From: Leptogorgia sarmentosa
Lineage: Eukaryota
Direction of reading: 5' to 3'
Length of the DNA: 64,000 nucleotides
Assembly: GCA_964658305.1 (NCBI GenBank)
Contig: OZ210884.1
Coordinates: 1,736,001-1,800,000, forward strand
The notes below the pieces were generated by a model that did no database searches, had not been told where the DNA came from, and saw nothing but the letters and a program-made list of their open reading frames with translations. A program made the position numbers and the translations under genes. This document shows positions 10,901 through 22,652 of this stretch, piece after piece (the first letter of the stretch is position 1; the number at the start of each line of letters is the position of its first letter).

Positions 10901-13900
10901 TTTTTTCCTCAATATTTTTCTGACCACAATGGTCAGGGTTAGGATTCCAGGGTTTGGGTTGGGATTAAGGAAATTCTTAGTATATAGAAAAATGGTTTAT
11001 ATATCTAACACTAATACAACTAAGGGTAAGTATATTTTTGGAAGAAATTGAAAATGCTTAAAAGTAATTTTGAGTTTCTGGATGGAGAATTTGTTGGGTG
11101 TTGTTAGTAGTTTCTATTTCTTGCCACCCCAGGTCAAGGGAAATAATTTGGAAGGAGAAATACCGAATTAAAAAGAATCCAGTTCTGTTGTTAGAACAGA
11201 GGACACTTTAAATTCGTTAAGACAGTCTGTATAGAGAACGATTTATCGCGTACAACTTCTTGAATCTGTAAAAATAGCTTACTTATTCTCCAGTAAGACT
11301 TGGCGACATGAATTGTATACCATCTCTGGAAATACAAAAATGAAAGAAAAAATTAAGACAGACCTAAAATAGGTTTCTGTTGTTCAAAACCATTTCTGAT
11401 GTCTTCCAGACGAAGAATGTTATTTCCTTCCTATTAGCTTAAAAGACAGTTTTGACGCGGTAAACAGAAACCAACACATTCCTGACAACTTATTCACGGA
11501 TGATTTCCGATTTATATCTTTCGTTAAATCCTCATTTACCGACATACCGCTAGGCGCTTTACTTTTATTTTTAAAAGATTTACGACGAAAACATTAAAAC
11601 GACCACAATTAAGAAACACTCAAAAAACTGCTCCTTGATGCTTGCACCAAAACTCTTTACTCTTTCTAATGAAGATCTTCACAAATTAATAAATTGACAG
11701 ATTTTCGATGGTCACGCGGGCCTTTAAGTCACACTTCGACCTTCGATGATTGCATTATAGAAGACCAAATTATAAAACACCTTTTCAAAAACGAGACTAT
11801 ACAATTTTACATGAGATATGTTGGTTATACAATTCTGGCCATACGGTTCGATATTAACCTTTTTTTGAAATAACTTAACAGCTACCATCTGCATGCAGAT
11901 ACAGTTCACGCAAACTAACATCAAAGGGCACTTCAATTTTCCGTAAGCTAGAGTACTAACACAGACGAGTATATCCAATTATCTAGTTTGACTCGTGGTC
12001 GTATAAATTTGCAAAATTTATGTTCGCCTCCCTTACATAAGTAAATGCAGAGCTGATCTTATACAAAAATTGCACGAATACCTAGACATCTGCTGGATTT
12101 CAACAAATTAATTGTACAGCCACGGGTCATCGCGAATTGTTGTCAAATCTCCGTTATCGCAACGAAAATAGGCATAAAATGGAAGTCATTGCGACTTTTC
12201 ATTTTGTTTTGTAATGTTTTTCTATTTCGGGACAAATATGGCGCCATTATGCAAATTTGTCGGCCCATAAATAAGTTCGCTAGGGGGCATGCCCGTCTGC
12301 CCCCCCCCCCCTACCCCCTTGCCCCCCTAGCACGCCACTGTTTGGGATACCCTGGCGCTGAATCAAAAATGCTTACCAAATTTGGAGTTACCGTTGCTTT
12401 GTATTTGATGAAAATATTAAGTTGTTCCCGCAATTTTTGGCGCTTAGATCCCATTATAAAACCAAGCGCAACCAGTAGCTGTTCACGTCGAGCGTTGTTT
12501 ACGAAGAGGATCTCTGTGTGTGTACGAATTGTCAAGATGGCTCCTTACAGTTTATCAAATCAGTGGTTGAAAATGTATAAATTCATCACTTGACTTTATG
12601 AAGTCAAATTACATTTTTTGTTGCAATTTATGGTTTATATACAATCATCCCTCTTTGCCCTCCTAGACGAGTTCTTATACTATTTTTTTATTCAATTAAC
12701 CCTAGTGGGAAAAAATAAAACATCTAAGCCTGGTGTTTCTTTTTAAATCACGAAAGACTGCAGGGTTTTACTAAATGAGAGATGAATAATTTTACGGGGC
12801 GAATGCACAATGACAGTAAAATGAGGTATTCCTAGGCATTGTGGTAAAGAAAACGCCACAATTATTTCTAGAATGTTCAAACCAAAGTGGGCTACTTTAT
12901 TTACACCTTTTTAAACTAAATTTTTACCTACTTCCGTTTATCTCATCCACTTCGCCTCTCAGTTTGGAAATCTCATCTTCCATTTCGGACAATAAGCTTG
13001 TTATTTCCTGAAGTTCGGGTTCACAAACCCCCATTTCACCATACGCGTATTTTTGTCGTGTCAGAGAGGTGATTCTGTAATCATAAATATATGTTATATA
13101 CCGGCTGGTAGGTCCGGATTTTCCCAGCCGGATCGACCTAAACGGTAAAATTTAATAACGGATTTATTTTTTTGCTGCGCAATGCTATGATCAAATTCAT
13201 AAGAAATTCCAGTGTAGTGAACTAGATTTGAGATCAGTTGTATTTGTTAAAATTATTTCTTAAAATATAGAAGAGAAATTAACTTTAAATTTATATAAAT
13301 CAACCGGTTATAGTATTTTTTTAAAAAGGATGAATTTAAGTCGGGATAAACTGCAGGTTTTCGATATATATTGCAATTTTTTGCCATTAAAACAAACATA
13401 CAAAAGATTTTTTATTTGCTTCGGCCATTACGGATTTAGGATTCCGGACCGTGGTCAAATATCGTAAAATTCCGCCCGCTACTGCAGCCAATCAGATTGC
13501 AGAAAACGCCCGCTGCTGATTTGCAAAAAAATAAAAGACATTTATCCTACGCAATAGAAGGTGAGTCTACAATGTTGGCATCACTACAGCACTAAAAACA
13601 GAATTCGATATATCGAGTAGATACTCTTTGTTGTTTCTTTGAATAAAAATTGTCGCTCAAAATCGCATATTTTCTCCGTTGAGAATTTGCATGGCGCCGA
13701 GCATTGTAAGTTGGAAAATTAAAATGAAGGAATTCAATGGGGCTTAGGTGGCGCAGTGGTCAGTGGCCACTCGCCTTTCACCTCTGAGGTTACGGGTTCG
13801 ATTCTCAGAGAGAACTTTCTCAATGTTACTCGATCCCAGTGCTCCACTCATGTGAAAAGAGTCAGTCAACACTCTGCGTAAAGTCGTGGGTTTTCTCCGG

Positions 13901-15835
13901 GCGCTCCGGTTTCCTCCTACAGGGAAGTTGACAGGGTGGGTTAGGATAAACACAGCTAGGGAAGTAAATCTCAATTGTTGTAAAAATAGCTAGTTTAGAT
14001 TAAAAAAGTAAGCTTAACACTTGATGTAATCGGCCACTGAAAAGCCCTTATGGGGAGTGAGCTGAATAACACGCTGTAACTGTAACTGGAAATTAAAATG
14101 AAGGAATTGAATATGTTACAAGCCTGACTATTGAAGAATGCGAGAGACCTAAATCCCGCTTCGGTCAATGCCAGTTGTCAGAAATGTGGCAGTGTTACGT
14201 ATTCGTAGCGTTTTAGCGGATACGGGAACGCGTAAAATTTTTAATCCGCAAAAAAATGTTTTGCGGATACAAACGAATTCGGATACGCGCGGACAGGGCT
14301 CACTTTCCATTCTCAATGAAAATTATGAAAATATCCGATTTCTACGAGCAATTTTTATTAATGCTCATTCACACTTTCCTCATTTTGCCCAAAATGCTGT
14401 ATGCTTTCTATTGCTCTATTCGATCAAAGCCTAGCTGATGTGAATTTTTGGTGTATTCATCAAAACTTTAACGTCTGTTCACTTTCTACATATATTCGAT
14501 CGAAAATGTACAGCTGTATATACGATTTCAAGCCGCAATTTGAACTGCTGGAGCCCGTTTGTACAACTAGACGCAATGTAGTGTTGTTAGATTAAGTGAG
14601 TAAGGGGCTGATTACATGGAGAATTTCAGCTAGGGCTAGAATTTCAGCCCGGCTGCTGACGGATTGGAAAGAGGAATAGAATTTGAGTAACAAAACGTCA
14701 TGATTTCAATACACACTTCGCCTGTCTTTGTGTCTTTTATGCTAATATCATTGTAGTCGTCAATTTCCTGGACGCTGATTGGCTAAAAAGCTTCAACAAC
14801 TGAGCGAATTAAAAATTAATTATACAGGTGTGTAATTAATTTTCAAATTCCACACTTCGAGCCCGCGATATGCGAGCGGTAAATATAAAAACAAGTAAAA
14901 CTACAGTAAAATTTTTGTTTCTCGTATAAATTTATGATGGATTTTGATTTGTTTGAGATTGAAATTCCCCCGAAATTGATTACAATTATATTAAAAAGAA
15001 ATTACACTTGTTCTCGAAGTATTAATGAAAAATTGCACTTGTGTTTGGCGAAACCATGTAATTTCCTATATAAAAAATTATTCTACTCTTTTCCATACGT
15101 CAACATCCGGGATGAAATCCCAGCCCGGGCTGAAATTTCTCCATGTAAACAGCCCCTAGCTAGTAGAAACAAAACCGTGAGGATAATTTTTACTATGAAT
15201 GGAATCATTTTCAATTGAAGATCTGCTTTGTTTTCCCCATTTCACGGGTCGGTGATGCTCAATCACAATTCAGCTTCTGAACAACACAGCCACAGCAGAG
15301 ATTATATAGATCTCGCCGTGAGCTCGATCGACAAGTCAGTGCTTAGTAAACGTCTAATCGCCTAAGATCACCTAAGATCGCCTGAGATCGCCTGAGAACG
15401 CCTAAAATTGATAATGATTGCCTATGATCGACAGTATCGACATATATTACATACAAAGAAATACGCATTCTGGACTTAATAGGGGGTCTGAATTGAGAGA
15501 CCGAGGTGTGAATTAAGGCATAAACTTTTTATAATCCAGAATAAATCTTACATAAAATCACCCAATATTGCTTAAGATCGCCCAAGAGTGCCTAAGATCG
15601 CCAAAGATCGCATAAGAACGCTCAAGATAACCTTGAATTTTGGCATTTTCCCCCTAAAATGGCAAATAATCGCGGCGATTTTGGACCCTAGAGTAGGCCT
15701 ATCATTGATACTGTAAACACAGTGTGTTAGTTCTGTCATTGGCCACATTATAAATTAAACACACACATGTATAGCTACTTACAATCCGACATAAAGCAAG
15801 ATCAAAGCAAAATCCAGAACGCTTGCTCCTTTCAT
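7976..15835 (-). CDS. Secreted coiled-coil + fibrinogen-N-like protein, resembling coral 'uncharacterized skeletal organic matrix protein 5'-like family (paralog A, 306 aa)
   Basis: Exons 15835-15783 (MKGASVLDFALILLYVG, signal peptide), 13074-12932 (CEPELQEITSLLSEMEDEISKLRGEVDEING, coiled coil), 11325-11283 (YNSCRQVLLEN), 10255-10120 (DGVYRIK...VYCHMT...GGGWTMVMKIDG), 8521-7976 (ETKLATFWSTPF...SLQIYCGRQGFN...RIGIIGNNEKDC...). All introns GT-AG with matching phases; total 921 nt = 306 aa + stop. Family name is from recall, not a search. Confidence 0.85.
10797..10872 (+). repeat. tRNA-derived (SINE-head-like) sequence followed by GGGTT-rich repeats
   Basis: A-box-like TAGCTCAAGTGG and B-box-like AGTTCAAGCC, but no convincing cloverleaf. 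Followed by ggtcagggttagg...gggtttgggttggg at about 10930-10970. Confidence 0.4.
13735..14089 (+). mobile_element. tRNA-derived SINE with V-SINE-like central domain
   Basis: Head with A box TGGCGCAGTGG and B box GGTTCGATTC; central GGGTTTTCTCCGGGCGCTCCGGTTTCCTCC; (CTGTAA) tail; 19-bp TSD AAATTAAAATGAAGGAATT at 13716-13734 and 14090-14108. Confidence 0.88.
14603..15157. mobile_element. MITE with ~28-bp TIRs, carrying a nested repeat also found at about 5395-5700
   Basis: AGGGGCTGATTACATGGAGAATTTCAGC ... GCTGAAATTTCTCCATGTAAACAGCCCCT; a partial copy of the right end is at about 16185-16263. Confidence 0.65.
15352..15632. repeat. Two short arrays of a 10-bp unit GATCGCCTAA
   Basis: 15357-15430 and 15570-15632 contain degenerate tandem GATCGCCTAA/GAACGCCTAA units. 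Confidence 0.7.
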
Positions 15836-16786
15836 GATGTCAATTGGTTTGAACTGATTATCATTTTGCATTTCTAGCTGTTATTATAATTATTTAAAAT
15901 GGCAAGACGGAGAGAAGTTTCAACTTCCTGGCTATACAAAAGTTTAAATTATAATCTTTTTCTTCGTTATAGAAACATCGATATTTATAGATAATTTCGG
16001 CACACCTACATTATGACTATTGTAGTTGATTGCTGCTATTTACAAACAATGTCTTATCGAACAAGGAAAAACAGACTGGCTGTTATCATACTCGTTTCTT
16101 TTCAAAGCCTCTATACAAGACCTCTAACTTATGAATAACAAAAGCTCATAATTTAATACAACACTTTGTGTTTCTTATTCAAATTTTTCTACTCTTTTCC
16201 ATACGTCAACAGCCGGGATGAAATCTCAGCCGGGGCTGAAATTTTTCCATGCAAACAGCCCTTAAGTTTGGAACTTCAGTACTTAATTTACCAACATGCG
16301 AAAATGACTTTGTAATTTCTCACGCAATAGTTCCAAATTTGGTAATGCAATAGTGTATTGAAACAGGAGACAAAGACATTTTATTGAAACAATCATGCAT
16401 AGCATTCTTGCTTGTTTTTCGAACGCCAAATTGCTATTGGATATTATTTCGTTAGGGATTGCTGCCTTAAAGAAGTCACTTCATTTATCCTCCATTTATC
16501 CAAATAGATGTATGTGTAGAAGCTATGAAATGGACGGTTATGATAAACAGCAACAAAGTTTTTCCTTGTTCGATAAGACATTCAAGACTAGTGTAGTATT
16601 ATTTGATAGGTCTGCATAAATTATCCATAAAGAATGATGTTTCAATAACAAGAAAAATTTTAGTTGTATGTTAATTTAAGATTTTGTATAGCCAGGAAGT
16701 TTAGGAATTTTGCCGTCATGCCCTTTTAAATATATGGGAATTTAACTTGAAATGCGAAAAATAATCAGTTCAAACACACCAACATC

Positions 16787-16839
16787 ATGAAATGGGCAAG
16801 CGTTCTGGATTTTCCTCCGATCCTTCTTTATGTTGGAAT
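16787..16839 (+). CDS. Duplicate / alternative signal-peptide first exon of gene C
   Basis: ATG at 16787, MKWASVLDFPPILLYVG, phase-2 donor GTAAGT at 16840. Lies in an ~800 bp block (about 16270-17070) duplicated at about 17590-18420. The two prolines may weaken the signal peptide. Confidence 0.45.
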
Positions 16840-18111
16840 GTAAGTGTGCATTTGTGTGCATTAAATTTATGATGTATGTTTCTAACGACAGAAATATCAG
16901 CTTTTAATATTGTGCCTACACTGCGTGCTCATCGGAATCTATTATAATTACTTATTTATACATACTGTAAATTCGAAACCCTACATTACTTCTGGTTGTA
17001 GAAAACATAGTGGCGTCTAGGTCAGCGATAATCAACTCGACATCGGAATAAATGATTGTTAATTATAATATTACATAATGCCGGATTAGGGTATACGATT
17101 GTAATAGATTAGTTTGTCTTGTACACGTTTCTTACTTTCACAATATTCAAAGTAGGTCAATCAGGTTGGAGATATTATATAATTATCATAAAGAGAGATT
17201 GATTAAAGTCATACCTGTATATATAAATATATTTACGATTTCGTTGCTGTACTCAAATATTCATGCATGCAGTACCAGTAAACAATTGTTCACAAGTGCA
17301 AAACCGACTTTATTTCAGTATTTCCGTAATTTAGTTCTGTACTCAGTACTTTAGTCAGTACTTAAGTTGAGGACTTCAGTACTTAATTCACCAACATGGA
17401 AATTTGGCTTTACAAGTTCTTTCGCAATATTACAAATTTGATTAAAGTCATACATGTATATAAATATATTTACGATTTCGCTGCTGTACTCAAATATTCA
17501 CGCATACAGTACCAGTAAACAAATTGTTCGAAAGTGCAAAACCGACTTTATTTCAGTATTTCCGTAATTTAGTTCGGTACTTCAGTACTTAAGTTGGGGA
17601 ATTTCAGTACTTAAGTTCTTTTGCAACATTCCAAATTTGGTAATTAAACTTGCTTTAAAAAATGACCGGAAATCGACTGTAACGTCATAGCTACCTATAG
17701 CTAAAATGAAGCTAGTATAGGATATTGAAACAGGAGACGAAGACATTTGATAGAAACTGTCATACATGAATAGCATTTTTGCTTTTTTTCGACCGCGAAA
17801 TTGCTATTGCATATTATTTCGTTAAGGGATTACTTCATTTATCTTGCATTTATCTATAAGTGAAAGGTTTATGATAACAGCCAGATATTTTCCTTGTTCG
17901 ATAAGACATTGTGTGTAAACGGCGGCATTCAAGTGCTATATTATTTGACTGGTCTGCATAAATTATCTATAAATATTGATGTTTTGTATAAATATTGAAT
18001 GTTAATTTAAGCTTTTCTACAGCCAGGAAGTTGAAATTTTACCGTGGTCATGCGTTTTTAATAATATGTCCTTGAAATGCAAAATGATAATCAGTTCAAA
18101 GCAAAGACGTC

Positions 18112-21100
18112 ATGAAAGGAACAAGCGTTCTGGATTTTCCTTTGATCCTTCTTTATGTTGGAGTGTGAGTATACATGCACGTGTATTAAATTTATGATGT
18201 GATGTATGTAGCCAACGGCAGAAATAGCAGCTTTCAATAATGGGCTTACAGTATGAGTAATAAAACTGCGTGCTCATCCTAATGTGTTATATAATTACTT
18301 ATTTCTAAATACTGTAATTTCGAAGCCCTACATTGCTTCTAGTTGTAGAAAACCTAGTTGGGTTTAGGTCACTGATAGCTATTTGATAATCACCTCGAAA
18401 TCAGTATAAATAATTGTATTAATAATCAACAATTAGATTATGAGCTCGAGATTTCTATGAGGTGATAGTTGATGAGGGCGAAGCCCGAATCAACTATCAT
18501 CTTGTAGAAATAGAGAGTGAGACTGTTTAAAGTCATACCTACACCTATATACACTGCTAAAATCATGCTAGTATAGTATGAGAGAGAGTATGAAATGAAA
18601 CTAAGCGATTAGGATAGCAGCCAGACAGTTTTTCCTCGTTTGATGAACAACGGCGGCATTCAAGTGCAATATTATTTGACATAGGTCTGCATAAAGGGGT
18701 TTCTGTAAAGAACGGAAACCGAAACGACCGAAACCGGAAAAATTTTGTCAGTATATTGTGCGTGCTTGAGCATCTTAATCTATACATAATTAAGAGTATT
18801 CCACTACTTTCTGATGGGTTTTTTGTTATCATTGTTCGCATTATCGTTGCATGTAGAATCAGTCTGATCTTCTCTTATAATTGCTAGACTCGTAACAACG
18901 TGGATTTATTAATTCTACGTGTATACCAATTAGACGCTTGCTCAGAGGGTAGCCAGGATTTTTGGCCAATTATACGTAGGGCCAACAATAACCTAAAGGG
19001 GGCCACTCGACTCCTATATAAAAATCGGTGATATGAATCAACAAATATTCACAAAACAAACCCATTGTAAAGTGATTCATTGAACAAGAAAGTGTCTTGT
19101 ATCCATGTTGTGCACGGTGACGAAACGCTCACGTCATGCTTTTCGTACTGTTAGGTAATTCAAATCTTGGGACAATGATTATAACAATAATATATATACA
19201 CAAATATATAACAATGTGCCTTCCTGGTTATCATCATACGGTTGTACATTGTGGTACGAGGTTACATTGCATTGAGGAGGATACCGTGCGTAGCGTGACG
19301 TAAGATTATAAATAGGGGAGGGGAATCTGACGAGGCGCCACGATGGTTGGCGACGTGGGAGAAAAATTTGAACATTCAGGAACTCCTAGATTGCCGGTAC
19401 TTGCCATTGCCGGTAACGGCAATAACGGCATACACTATTACATGATTTCAGACTCTTTAATCTACGTTTTTAATCTACCTCGCCTACAGGCGCTTTTATT
19501 CTTGTAGTGAGTTTTCCCGACAATGGTGATCAGTAGTTTTTGTGTTGAAATTGAAAAAATTGTATCTGTCTTGATCGATTTGGAAGAATGTTTCGTTAAC
19601 GTTGTTTTAATTTATTGTTACGTTAATATTTAAGAGGGAGGCCAACATTCCAGGGGGGGGGGGGTTCTCGTGAGAGAACTTATTAAACAGCCCTCTCGTC
19701 TTAACGTTCCATCCACAGCCCTGCGGGTTCTCCAAGAAAAAAACAGTGATTCATTTTGATACCATAATTGTAAATTGATTGTTGCGTAGAATAAATATCT
19801 CATGTTCTTATTACAGAATCAACTGAAAATTTCCCACGTAGGTAACAGATCTTGTTGACATTAATTAATACGTATATATTTAACAATTCACATATTTTGC
19901 TACTCGCTATCTATCGAGGAATAGATAGCGAGTAGAGTAGCCAATCAAATTGCAGCACTTGCAATAGTATACGAGTATGATTCTACTAAACATATATATA
20001 TATACATATATACAAAACGTATAACAATGTGCCCTCCCGGTTATCACCATAATAGCCTTATGGCAACTCCTGAACTTGGGCACAGGATGTAAGGTTATAT
20101 ATATATATATATAGGTATATATATAGGTTATATATAATTATTAATATATAATTAATTTTATATACAATTAATGATTTTTAGCATCAGTCTTGCCAGCTCT
20201 CTCGATACTGGTGAAGGTGTTACTGAACAAAATACGAATGAAAAGTGCCCTGTTAAGCCACATCTTCAGGAAATAAGATGCCTCTTGTTAGCAATGAAAG
20301 AAATTAACTCCAAAGTGAAATACAAATTGTCCCAAATAAACGGAACATTGTCGAAAAAGGAAGCGAATAAAAAAGGTGAGAACAAAATAGCCCATGTTGT
20401 ATTGCTAAAGCACTCTTGAAACACTTGTTGCATTTTCTTCGCCACAATGCCTAGGAGAATGTAAATTTGCTGTCGCAGTGTAGGGCGTAGGGGCGTCAAT
20501 GTGTGCGTTGGGGGGTAGGGGGGGGGGGGTAGGGTTGAACACGCTACCAGTAAAATGTCATTGCCGGTCTCAAGATTGATTAAACTCATAATAATAAAAA
20601 ATACTAGTAAAAAAAATAAAAATATAAAAATAATAGTACAAATCGTCATATCTCAAATATATATTTTTCCGAATAAAGCAGTTATTGAAAACTTGTTACA
20701 TTAACTTATTTTAGCTCTATAGTGGGTCTAAATTCGCATATCAGTATTGATCGGTCTGATTTCCATGAGGCACCCCCTGCCATATTCGATACTTACGCTC
20801 ATGATAACTCTATCGATCAGATTCGTCATAACGTAGGTTGATAACGAATTCCAAATTAATTGCAACACTTTTTGCACCCAAGAAATGTCCATCTCTCATT
20901 TAGTGAAACTCTACATTATTTGGTAAGTGAGATTCGCATTAATCAAAACTGCTGAAGAACAACGAAAAAATCGTTGGCTCGAGCCGCGGAATTCGAACTC
21001 GCAAGTTTGGGTATCTAGACCGCTGCTTTACGTACAAATTCATCTACCCAGGCAACTGGGATTGGTTGCAAGTCATATCCAATTTAAGAGGATGAAATAT

Positions 21101-22652
21101 TTTCATGACAACTTAACCCTTGTCTTTGAGGATGTCCTGTGGAAGGTGGCGTACTAGAATTTAGTGCCTTATGCCATCTTTCACATGACATGAGTTCACG
21201 GCAAAGTGAACTGTAATGACAATAATGGACAATTATACGATTATCATAATTACTTTATTCATTGTAAAGTTCAGCACATGTGTTCCAATAATTGTTTTAT
21301 TAGTGAAAATGCCATATATACCGATATACGAGTTGTGATGGATCGCTATACAAACGAGTGAGTTTTGATATCCATTACAATGAGTAGATGATAAAAATCG
21401 TGCAAGCGAGCCATCGAGCTGTGAGGTGTAATTATAAGGAAATTATAATTATTCCCCTGTAATTAAAGGGAAATTAATGCAAAAAGATTGTATGTTGCAT
21501 TGTGATCGTTTGGGAGCGTTTTGTTACGCGGCACTTGTATCTGGGACAAGCACTTGAACAAATATTTCCTTTTTAAAATTATTACTAGCAAAATCCTAAA
21601 TAATTCTGTTGATACCCTGAATCATTCACTTTTCAGATATTGACGAACGCCATCACAAGGCTGAATGCATTTTTAGTAACGGAACATTGTATTGTTCTTG
21701 TAACGCTGTTTGTGCAGGAAACGGCACGCATTGTGAAGGTATGTTAAAGTTGTATTAAGCTGTGAAATGACTAGAGACAGCTTCTGCTATGCATCAATGC
21801 AGCCAATGGCGGCCATGTAGGTGTGGCCAATAGAAATCTAGTGTGGTGTTATTGATCCACTAAAACAATTCCTGCAGTTTTAATAAATCGACCATGTGCG
21901 AATAATTTATTTCAAAACTGTGATTTTTTTTCTTTTGAATTTGCCTCTGAATACCAAATCAGATCACGCGAAGGTATCTAGGTGCCTGTGCAAAGCTGCA
22001 CAGAGGAGGCGGTAATGCTGAAACATAGATATTAAAATGATAACGTATTCGTAGTTTATTCTAACTATTAAGGTACAACTACAATGATTCGCCAAAAAAA
22101 GGATTGTCAATTCGGAATTAACCTCAACTTTCACCTTTAAAAACTTATACGGACTGTTTTTAAGAAGTATGTTATATTGTTACTTGCCTGTTGCGAATTT
22201 TGTGAAAAATGCCTTTCTTTATTCTTAATCCTTTTAAATGCTTGAAAATTGATATGTAGCTAGTTGTAAATAGCTATTAGCCAATATTTTCTTATGCAGC
22301 TCAAGGAAGTTCTCCAACGACGGCGTCGTCCTCAAACAGCAGCGTCGGCATCGTTGTAGGAATCACAGTTGCTGTTGTGGTTGTTGTTTCAATAGCGAAT
22401 GTTGCTGTTTGTCTTCTGTGGAAACGGAAAGCAGATAAAAAGTGCATGGGAATAATGGCGAAGCAGGAAAACAATGGCAATGGCAACGTTTCATCAGAAA
22501 CCAACGAATTGGAACAAATACCTAATCCAGAATATGAGTACGAAGAACCATCAGCATATGCGCAACTTGACAAATCCAAAAGAGTTCCAATTGATGAAAA
22601 TTATGAACGTTTGGGTGCCGTAAATCGCGTGGAACTGGAGACCTATTCTTAA
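18112..22652 (+). CDS. Predicted chimeric type I membrane protein: signal peptide + coiled coil + degenerate EGF + TM + ITAM/ITIM-like tail (gene C, 233 aa)
   Basis: Exons 18112-18164 (MKGTSVLDFPLILLYVG, donor GTGAGT), 20182-20375 (...CPVKPHLQEIRCLLLAMKEINSKVKYKLSQING..., donor GTGAGA), 21637-21738 (DIDERHHKAECIFSNGTLYCSCNAVCAGNGTHCE, phase 1-1, donor GTATGT), 22300-22652 (TM + YEEP, SAYAQL, YERL). Phases 2/1/1 are compatible; 702 nt with no internal stop. Confidence 0.65.

Noticed and set aside
13739..13812. Possible tRNA gene
   Set aside because: It is the head of a SINE with body, tail and 19-bp TSD; the acceptor stem is not intact.
15352..15632. CRISPR-like or iteron-like repeat array
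   Set aside because: Contiguous 10-bp tandem units without unique spacers, no cas genes, eukaryotic context.
20975..21052. tRNA-like sequence on the minus strand (GAGTTCGAATTCC B box)
   Set aside because: A box and cloverleaf are degenerate; most likely a decayed SINE head, too weak to annotate.
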